A DNA stretch of 62,323 nucleotides, counting the filler, from a bacterium (GTDB lineage: Bacteria; UBA9089; CG2-30-40-21; SBAY01): the NCBI GenBank assembly GCA_040757115.1. It is 11 parts of 11 records of this genome, joined end to end, with 100 filler letters (N's around TTAATTAATTAA, not from the genome) between each part and the next. Parts side by side here need not be neighbours in the genome. Positions count along the whole stretch, not along the records: positions 51,232 to 56,727 come from JBFLYA010000249.1; positions 56,828 to 62,323 come from JBFLYA010000250.1; 9 more parts are not named here. The stretch is one strand, 5' to 3'. The notes under the pieces are model-generated. The model saw only the letters and a program-made list of their open reading frames with translations. It was not told the DNA's origin and made no database searches. Below, piece after piece: positions 51,276 to 59,800 of the stretch (its first letter is position 1; every line of letters starts with the position of its first letter). A program made the position numbers and the translations under genes.

Positions 51276-51848
51276 TCAATTTTTAGTTTTTTTAAATTTA
51301 GTTATATCTTGCTGGGGGATAGTCTGTCTTTTTTTACTTGACATTATACCGCACATCTCTACTATCACATAAATAATAAGTGCTCGAAACTGCCAGTTTT
51401 TTCTTCTATCCTTAATTACTTTTATTAATGTTGGTACGCCTGCTTTACCAATATTTACTAACTCCATTAACAATCTGCGAATATCATCTCCTTTTGGTAT
51501 ATCGCTTTTTTTAATTTCCTCCATACTTTTAAAATCTTCCAGCCTAAAGAGAGGAAACATCTCTATTCTCTTAACAACTTCTAATACCTTTTTTTCTATT
51601 TGCTTCTTCTGTCTTTTAGAAAGCTTAGGTTCACTCTGGTTAATTTCTTTCTTTAGTTGTATTTTAGCCTCTGCTTTTTGTTCTCTACTCTTATCTATTA
51701 GCTCCAAGCCCGTAGTTTTTTCTTCTTTGTTCTTCTTAGCAACTTCTTGCTCTTTGCTCTGCTGTCCACAACCAAGAAATATGCAGACCAACAGTATCAA
51801 TAATCCACTAAAGACTAAATACAACCGCTTACTGATTACTAATTCCAT
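51276..51848 (-). CDS. Putative lipoprotein with a HEAT-like segment
   Basis: Hydrophobic leader ending IFLGC; TTGACT-17-TATAAT promoter 9 nt before ATG at 51848. Confidence 0.55.
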   Translation of the reverse strand: MELVISKRLYLVFSGLLILLVCIFLGCGQQSKEQEVAKKNKEEKTTGLELIDKSREQKAEAKIQLKKEINQSEPKLSKRQKKQIEKKVLEVVKRIEMFPLFRLEDFKSMEEIKKSDIPKGDDIRRLLMELVNIGKAGVPTLIKVIKDRRKNWQFRALIIYVIVEMCGIMSSKKRQTIPQQDITKFKKTKN

Positions 51849-51920
51849 GATATTACCATTATACTCTTTTATTTTAGACAAGTCAACAAAAAAATTTCCC
51901 TTTTTCCCATTTTTCCTTAC

Positions 51921-52070
51921 TTACACTGTTTCTAAAACCTCATCAGGCACAAAAAAAGCTGTCCTTAAATCTTCAGCATAACTAATAGAACCAACTACAC
52001 TACCACCATTTACCAGGATAGTATTATCATTAATCGTCTCCTTATTCATCTCTTCTGAGAAGGTAATGCG
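51921..52070 (-). pseudogene. Fragment of an Ig-like (Big_5/SbsA-type) domain gene
   Basis: Reads RITFSEEMNKETINDNTILV..V.GSISY, with a frameshift; cut at a REP-like repeat. Confidence 0.4.
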
Positions 52071-52071
52071 C

Positions 52072-52164
52072 GGGGAACTATTGGGGTCGGAACTATTGGG
52101 GTCAGACCGTGAATGTTGAATGTAAAAGGGAACTGCTTTCTACATTCAAGGTCTGACCCTAATC
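52072..52164. repeat. REP-like ATTGGGGTCAGACC / GGTCTGACCCTAAT hairpin; related motifs at 53571-53590 and 53628-53641
   Basis: Inverted and direct copies visible. Confidence 0.7.
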
Positions 52165-52251
52165 CTACTACAAAAACAGGAATATATTTTTATTGGATAT
52201 GTCTTGTTTAAGTTCATTCCAGTGTTGAAAAAAATATTTCATACGTTCTCT

Positions 52252-53289
52252 CTATCTGGTCTTCTCCTGTTCATAATTTATTGCCCGAATAGGATAAGGA
52301 ATAACAATTCCTTCTTGGGCATAGCGCTCATGGAGCTTTTTGATGAATTCATGCTTTATTAAATAATTATCCACAAATTCCTTAGCCCGCAGAATTACGG
52401 TAAAATTAATGCTGGAATCACCAAAGGTATGATATCTGATAAATGGCTCAAAACTGGCTACTCCCCCCAGAACACCTTTCATTACCTCACGCGCTACCTC
52501 AATGGTAACCTCTTCCACTTTCTTTAGGTCACTGTTATAGTGAACTCCAACCTGAACTAAAACCGCCAACTCTTTATCAGGTAGATAATAATTTGTGATC
52601 ACGGCCTGGGAGAGTTTGTTATTCGGAATAAGCACCACATTATTGGGCAACATTCGGACTTTGGTAACGCGCCATCCGATATCCTCTACATAACCCTCCT
52701 CGCCTGTATCAATCTTGATAAAATCGCCTACCCGAATATTCCTTGATGCGGAGACATAAAATCCCGCGAACAGATTGGAGAGTGTATCCTGCAGGGCCAA
52801 TGCCACCGTCAGCCCGCCAACGCCCAATGCCGCCAGGATAGGCGCTATGGATATCCCGAGGCTGTTTAACGCAATGAGAATTCCGATTGTTAAAATAATT
52901 ATCCTTGATATGTTCTGTGTCAGGCCAACAGGAAGGGCTACCTCAACCTTTTTTGAATAATGTTTAATGAGTCGGGTAGTTATGTTGACAAGGGCTATAG
53001 TTACTGACATAATACCCAGCAGAAGCAGAATCTTCCTCGTAACAAAAACCTCTTCATCAGACAGTTTTGAAAACTCAAGCGCCAGATATACGGCGAGCAT
53101 AAGACACCATATAACACATGGGCATCTTATCGCGCCAATGATAATATTGTCCACCTCACTCTTGGTCCCCTTGGCCCAGGCCGAAAGGCGCCTGAATATG
53201 ACCTGCCTGGCTATATATCCTAAGGTCAATGTAACCACAAACACCGCCAAAGGCATGATGGTCATAAATAAATTTTCCATCCTGAACAT
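52252..53289 (-). CDS. MscS family mechanosensitive channel
   Basis: LGVGGLTVALALQDTLSNLFAG, GDFI, G.VEDIGWR.T, IPN, GIVIPYP. Confidence 0.93.
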   Translation of the reverse strand: MFRMENLFMTIMPLAVFVVTLTLGYIARQVIFRRLSAWAKGTKSEVDNIIIGAIRCPCVIWCLMLAVYLALEFSKLSDEEVFVTRKILLLLGIMSVTIALVNITTRLIKHYSKKVEVALPVGLTQNISRIIILTIGILIALNSLGISIAPILAALGVGGLTVALALQDTLSNLFAGFYVSASRNIRVGDFIKIDTGEEGYVEDIGWRVTKVRMLPNNVVLIPNNKLSQAVITNYYLPDKELAVLVQVGVHYNSDLKKVEEVTIEVAREVMKGVLGGVASFEPFIRYHTFGDSSINFTVILRAKEFVDNYLIKHEFIKKLHERYAQEGIVIPYPIRAINYEQEKTR

Positions 53290-53293
53290 CCTT

Positions 53294-53572
53294 TTATGTT
53301 TTCTTCAGCGCCGTCAGTTCAGTTATAATATTCCCTGCCCAGCGGTAAATATTATTTTCAGCAATAGCCTTCCTCATATTATTCATCCGTTTCTTCTTCT
53401 CATTTACCGGCATTTCCAAAGTAAGTTTTATCGCCTCAGCAAATTCCTCAATGGTATAAGGGTTGAATTGGATAGCATCGGTTAATTCTCTTGCTGCACC
53501 GGTAAATTGGCTTAAGATAAACACACCCAATAAATCTTTTTTTGCCTCTACATATTCTTTGGCAACAAGGAG
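53294..53572 (-). pseudogene. otsA: C-terminal fragment of trehalose-6-phosphate synthase (GT20)
   Basis: LVAKEYV..GVFILSQFTGAAREL..A...NPY; 5' part absent. Confidence 0.8.
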
Positions 53573-53701
53573 TATTGGGGTCAAACCTTGAAGAATTTAG
53601 AATATTATCTACTTTCTTTTTAAAAAGAGTATTGGGGTCGAGATTAAAGTCTCATCATTGCGTCATTTTCTTTCATACTTCTATTTGACAATACCATTTT
53701 C

Positions 53702-53777
<76 letters not shown>

Positions 53778-53917
53778 CCTAAATAGTCAGTAGTGCTCTG
53801 TCGCTGATAATTTGATTAGCAGGGAAAGTAAGCATAAAATAATCACAAACAAAATGCTTGTGTTACTCTATTCATTAATTGATTAGCAATGGAACATTAG
53901 ACTAATGATTTTTCTTC

Positions 53918-53996
53918 TGGTCGGGGCGACTGGATTTGAACCAGCGACCTCATGGTCCCAAACCATGCGCGCTAAACCAAACTGCGCTACGCCCCG
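53918..53996 (-). tRNA. tRNA-Pro(UGG)
   Basis: CGGGGCG acceptor stem, CATGG-TT TGG GA-CCATG, TTCAA, encoded CCA. Confidence 0.96.
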
Positions 53997-54151
53997 AGTA
54001 TCAAAAAACAGTAACCGTTCAGGTAATCCTTTACCGCAGAGACGCAGAGAAACAGAGAGGAAAATATCTTTTTTTGTAACCGTTCAGCCGTGTCCATCAG
54101 ATGGGACAATATTAACTCAAAACTCAAATGTCAAAACTCAAAACCTTAAAA

Positions 54152-54473
54152 CTAGTGTCGTGTTGAATAAGTTTTGCACGGGGCATCATCAGGTTTCGTA
54201 ACCTGCAAACGGATAATTGGTAACTGGTAATTGGTAATTGGTTAAATAGTTTCGTCCTGAGCTCAGCCGGTAATCCTTCAGTTATCAGTGGTAAAAACTA
54301 AATAGAAATTTTCTCTCGCAAAGACGCAAAGTTCGCAAAGATTATAATTTATTCCTTTGCGTTCTTTGCGCCTTAGCGAGAAATTTAATCTTTATGCCTT
54401 TCTCCCACCAATAACTGACCGATTACCTCAGCCGAACGGTATTTAATTACCAGTTACCAATTACCAGTTACCA
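54152..54473. mobile_element. TGTCGTGTTGA-end MITE (right end lost) with a nested GTAA-end element at 54270-54426
   Basis: CTAG-TGTCGTGTTGA start; CTCAGCCG duplication at 54262-54269 and 54427-54434; further GTAA ends at 54011, 54023 and 54076. Confidence 0.88.
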
Positions 54474-54474
54474 A

Positions 54475-54564
54475 TGCTCCCGTATCAACCTTAGCATCAA
54501 GCTCTATCGCAGGTTTATCTTTTAAAGGATTCCTGAGTTTAATTGTGGTCTAGCCTATGCCCAT
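54475..54564 (-). pseudogene. Clan AA aspartic protease remnant
   Basis: MGIG*TTIKLRNPLKDKPAIELDAKVDTGA; internal stop, cut by the MITE. Confidence 0.6.
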
Positions 54565-54619
54565 TTTAATACCCCTTTATTATATTTTATCACAATATTT
54601 GTTTTTGGTCAACTAATTT

Positions 54620-56521
54620 TTATTTTAAATTAAAATTAAGCCAAAATTCTGTATCTTTACTATGTCGGACAGAAAATTTAGCATTCCAACAATGTCCGTC
54701 TTTTTCAAGAATCAATCCGCTTTCTTTTATTCTACGGTCTTTGAGGTCATAATACATCTGGAGTCGAATATGAGTTTTTGGTGAGATGTTAAAACTAACA
54801 TAATTAGACACATCTAAAATATCCTTATTTTCTACAGAATGCTCCCTGTAGAAAAATACACTTCCTCCATATTGCCACTTATCCCTTGCTAAATCAAAGT
54901 AACTCTCAACTTCCTCTATTTGAGATGATTTGAAACTATAGGTAGTTTTTAAGGAACCTGCAAGATTATTTTTTAAGGCAAAGTGGACATCAGCAATTAA
55001 TGGAAATAAACGTATTTTATTGATTTTTAAAGGTTCATCTTTGTGTTTGCGAAGGTCAAATCCTGCTCCAATTTCTCCCCGTATCTTTCTATTCATCCAC
55101 AGGTATAATGTCCCGGTTAGTGCATTTGTTTTTACTCCATAATATTCGTCTGTCTTAAACTTTTTTGTTAAATTATGATTTAGATTCAGTTCTGAGTATC
55201 CTCCGATTTTATTTCTTAAATTTAAACCCAGATTTAACTCTCCGGTTGCTTTTTCCTCTTCTTTAACTATTCCTGTAAGTCCAAATTTAGGGGAGAAAAC
55301 TACCCTGTCTGATAAGAAATTTGCCTTTTTTAAAAAATTAACACCAACAATTCCTTTAAGATAGTGTGTGTTGGTCATTGAACCAGATTGATTTGCTACT
55401 TCAACATTTAAATTCGAATACCAATTATTTCTTTTGATTGATTTGGTCTGCAGAGTCAATTCAGGCAAAAGAGTCGTCTCTTTTTTAAAATCATTAAATT
55501 CCCTTGCCCAGCACTCTATTTCCTCACCGACTAATCTAATGGTATAATCTGGATAGGTTTTAGTCACGGTGAGGTAGTTTTTTAATTCCCATGTTCCCGC
55601 ACTACATCTTCCTTCGATAGGATAGTCGCGGGTGACATTTTTATCGCTTAGAGATTGTAGATAAAGAATTCCGGTTATATCTTTAAATCTTTGAAGGTGT
55701 TTTGCATCTATCTCCCATCGTTTTGTATCTTTAACATCATCGGGCTTTTTCCGCTCGTGAATATAATAGAGATAAGTTTTTCCTTGCGAAATGCTATCTT
55801 TCCAATATTTATGTTCTATCCCATTCCCAAACCCCTGGTCTTCAAGGAAACTTAAGTGTAATGACCCAATAGACTTTGAAGTAAAGGCATAATCGTAAGT
55901 CACTCCTACGGAATTCCCTTTTTCTTCACTTTTCCCGGTCTTCATAATTATTTTGCCCTTTCTTTCTTTCAAAGACATAGAGTAAAAAGGGAGATAAAAT
56001 AATGGCACCTTTCCTACTTTAAAAACAATCCTTTTTGCTATTATTTTTTCCTTTGGGTGAACGATAATTTTACCAGCCTTCAGGCAATAATGAGGTCGAG
56101 GTAAATCACAGGTAGTTAGAGAGGCATCCCTTAAAGTAATAGTTCCGGTTTCAAACAAGGCGTCAGAACCTCTACAATAATAAGGTTTTATAAAAATATA
56201 TGGTTCTTTCATTTTACCTTGTTTTGTCTTCAAATTATAGTTTGCCTCGTTACTCTCAAATTTTTCTCCTTTCTCGCCTCTCAAAACTACTTTACCTCTG
56301 GCTAAAAGTTCATCTTTGGTCAGATTCAATTGCATCCAATCTGCCTCTAACCCCATTTCATCAGAATTTAACTTTACGCTACCCCACAGCGTAACTATCT
56401 CTTCACTGCCTATCTTTAGATACTCGGCATGGTCTGCATGCTCAAGGGTTACCGTTCCCTGGGCAGACAAATTTATACCTGGTATTATCAATAAACTAAA
56501 AGATAAAAGTAGTCTTTTCAT
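54620..56521 (-). CDS. lptD: LptD-like outer-membrane LPS assembly protein
   Basis: Signal peptide, OstA-like N-domain, TTCDLPRPHY, KVPLFYLP, beta-strand-rich C-terminus with HCW. Confidence 0.7.
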   Translation of the reverse strand: MKRLLLSFSLLIIPGINLSAQGTVTLEHADHAEYLKIGSEEIVTLWGSVKLNSDEMGLEADWMQLNLTKDELLARGKVVLRGEKGEKFESNEANYNLKTKQGKMKEPYIFIKPYYCRGSDALFETGTITLRDASLTTCDLPRPHYCLKAGKIIVHPKEKIIAKRIVFKVGKVPLFYLPFYSMSLKERKGKIIMKTGKSEEKGNSVGVTYDYAFTSKSIGSLHLSFLEDQGFGNGIEHKYWKDSISQGKTYLYYIHERKKPDDVKDTKRWEIDAKHLQRFKDITGILYLQSLSDKNVTRDYPIEGRCSAGTWELKNYLTVTKTYPDYTIRLVGEEIECWAREFNDFKKETTLLPELTLQTKSIKRNNWYSNLNVEVANQSGSMTNTHYLKGIVGVNFLKKANFLSDRVVFSPKFGLTGIVKEEEKATGELNLGLNLRNKIGGYSELNLNHNLTKKFKTDEYYGVKTNALTGTLYLWMNRKIRGEIGAGFDLRKHKDEPLKINKIRLFPLIADVHFALKNNLAGSLKTTYSFKSSQIEEVESYFDLARDKWQYGGSVFFYREHSVENKDILDVSNYVSFNISPKTHIRLQMYYDLKDRRIKESGLILEKDGHCWNAKFSVRHSKDTEFWLNFNLK

Positions 56522-56588
56522 ATCACCTTCAACTAACTGTTTTTAAGCCTTTTTAAACACCGAAAAACGCGAAAAACACGAAAAAAAG

Positions 56589-56727
56589 GTAAGCGTTCAA
56601 GTGGTGTAACAAAAGGAGATGTGGAGATTAAGGAGATAGGGAGATATTATTAAAAAAATTGAAATTAATAGAAATTTATGGAAATTTGTTGTTTTCCACA
56701 ATCAATTTCTACCTATTTCTATAAATT
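56589..56727. mobile_element. Left part of the element whose right part is at 1-120 and 11584-11703
   Basis: Starts GTAAGCGTTCA; ends in CCACAATCAATTTCTACCTATTTCTATAAATT. Confidence 0.8.
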
Positions 56728-56827
56728 NNNNNNNNNNNNNNNNNNNNNNNNNNNNNNNNNNNNNNNNNNNNTTAATTAATTAANNNNNNNNNNNNNNNNN
56801 NNNNNNNNNNNNNNNNNNNNNNNNNNN

Positions 56828-59800
56828 ATAATTAATACAGGTAAATTTAAGCAAGACATGGAAGTAGTTAGTTTTATTGAGGGGTTTAACTTTAGCACTA
56901 CCACCTTGCTTTCTTTATTACCATCACAAAAAGGAAATCTTAGCCTTAGCGCACTTATTCCAGCAAGTTTAACTGCTGGGTATCATTACGGTAGTGTCTG
57001 CGTCCAGATTGGTAGTTCTTCTAAATATAAGCAATTTAGTTTTTATATCCCGCAGGCAAAATTAGAAGTTAAACTTAATGATAAAAGTTATCAGCCTGGG
57101 GAAAAGGTAAATATTTATGTAAAGAATATCGGCGGTGTAGCGGATAGTTGGGATTATACTATAAGATTATTTGATACAATAGGAAATGAGGTTTATACAG
57201 GTGAAGGAAGTATAGATAATTTATTTCCAGCAGATGATGAGAGGGTAATAGGATTTGATATTCCAGAAGGACTAATAACCGGAGATTATATAATAAGTTT
57301 AATTACCACTGCTCAACTTATACAGTTAAGAGAATATTTTGATAGATATATCAGGATAGAAGGGATAGACGCAGATATGAGTATATGGACTACTCAGAAG
57401 ACATACTCTATTAATGAGCAAATTAATGTAAATGTAAAGATAGATAATAAAAATAAGGCGATTGAAGATGCTAAGTTGAGCCTGAAAGTAAGAAATAATT
57501 ATCCTGGCTGGCAGACTTTTACTGCATTGAAAAGAATTTATGATATTAAAGTTGATGGTAATTATGTCTGGTTTACAACTGATTTGATTGTGAAAAGATA
57601 TAATAAGGTAGATAATAAGTGGGATGATTATAATAAGATACAAGATGCTAATACAATAGCAGTAGATGGGAGGTATATTTGGTTTGGAACATGGGATGGT
57701 GTATCACGATATGATAAGGAAACCGATAGTTGGACAACTTTTAATGAAGAAAATAGTGGGTTAGTGAGTAATTATATTCATTCAATAGCAGTAGATGGAA
57801 AATATATTTGGTTTGGAACATGGTATAGTGGTGTATCACGATATGATAAGGAAACCGGTAGTTGGACAACTTTTAATGCAGGAAATAGTGAGTTAGTGAG
57901 TAATGAGATTAGGACAATAGCAGTAGATGGGAGGTATATTTGGTTTGGGGCATGGGGTGTATCACGATATGATAAGGAAACCGGTAGTTGGATAACTTTT
58001 AATAAAGAAAATAGTGGGTTAGTGAGTAATAATATTAGTTCAATAGCAGTAGATGAGAAGTATATTTGGTTTGGAACAGAGTATGATGGTGTATCACGAT
58101 ATGATAAGGAAACTGGTAGTTGGACAACTTTTAATGCAGGAAATAGTGAGTTAGTGAGTAATGAGATTAGGACAATAGCAGTAGATGGGAGGTATATTTG
58201 GTTTGGGGCATGGGGTGTATCACGATATGATAAGGAAACCGGTAGTTGGACAACTTTTACCCAACAAAATAGTGGGTTAGTGAGTAATAATATTAGTTCA
58301 ATAGCACTAGATGAGAAATATATTTGGTTTGGAACAGACTATGCTGGTGTATCACGGTATGATAAAGAAGGTTATAATTGGATAGATTTTACCCAACAAA
58401 ATAGTGGGTTAGTGAGTAATGACATTTGGTCAATAGCAGTAGATGATAAATATATTTGGTTTGGAACAGACTATGATGGTGTATCACGATATGATAAGGA
58501 AACCGGTAGTTGGACAACTTTTACCGAACAAAATAGTGGGTTAGTGCGTAATGATATTCATTCAATAACAGTAGATGGAAAATATATTTGGTTTGGAACA
58601 TGGGATGGTGTATCACGATATGATAAGGAAACCGGTAGTTGGACAACTTTTAATAAAAATAGTGGGTTAGAGAGTAATGACATTTGGTCAATAGCCGTAG
58701 ATGGAAAATATATTTGGATTGGAACATGTGAGGGTGGTGTATCACGATATGATAAGGAAACCGGTAGTTGGACAACTTTTACTAAACAAAATAGTGGGTT
58801 ACAGACTAATTGTATCAGGACAATAGCCGTAGATGGAAAATATATTTGGATTGGAACATGGGATAATGATGTATCACGATATGATAAGGAAACCGGTAGT
58901 TGGACAACTTTTACCTCATACAATAGTGGGTTAGTGGGTTATAAGATTAGGTCAATAGCAGTAGATGGAAAATATATTTGGATTGGAACAAGGTATGGTC
59001 TATCACGATATGATAAGGAAACCGGTAGCTGGACAACTTTTACCCAACATAGTATTATGTCAATAGCAGTAGATGGAAAATATATTTGGATTGGGACATG
59101 GCTGGGTGTATTACGGTATGATAAGGAAACCAGTAGTTGGACAACTTTTACCCCAGAAAATAGTGAGTTAGTGAGTAATTATATTAACTCAATAGCAGTA
59201 GATGGAGAATATATTTGGTTTGGAACAGAGTATGGTGTATCACGATATACTCCAGGCGGGGATGTGATTTATGAAAAAGAGTATGAGATAACCTGTTTAG
59301 AAGCAAATATTAGTCAGAAAGTAATAAATATTGGTACTTTAAGTAGTGTAGGTAAGCTATATATTGAAGGAGTAATTACCTCAAATAAAAATCAGAAAAT
59401 AGCTATAGATATGAATTCATTCTATATATTTAAGTCAAATTTATACCTAACATTTGATACGGATAAAAAGGTGTATAAACCTGATGAGTTGATTACTATA
59501 TCCGGAACTTTAACAAATAAAGGAGAGAATATAGAAGCAGGTGACTTAGAGTTAAAGGTAAAAGATGGAGATGTAATATTCAGGACGCCAATTAATCTTG
59601 GCTCTAACAGTAGTTATAGTTTCATTGCTACTACTACGGCTAATTCATCTTTTGTCTTAGAATGTATGATAAACGATGTGAAGGTGATAGATTATATCCT
59701 GGTAGAAGAGACAAAAGTTAATATAGAGATAATTACAAAACAGGCATTAGGAAGAGGAACAAATACACTAATCATAAGCTTAAAGAATATAAGTCAAGTT

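Noticed and set aside
57650-59250. Propeller or TPR repeats as a CRISPR array or DGR template/variable pair
   Set aside because: The repeats are in-frame coding units with no unique spacers. No cas or reverse transcriptase gene is present, and no adenine-specific pattern is evident.
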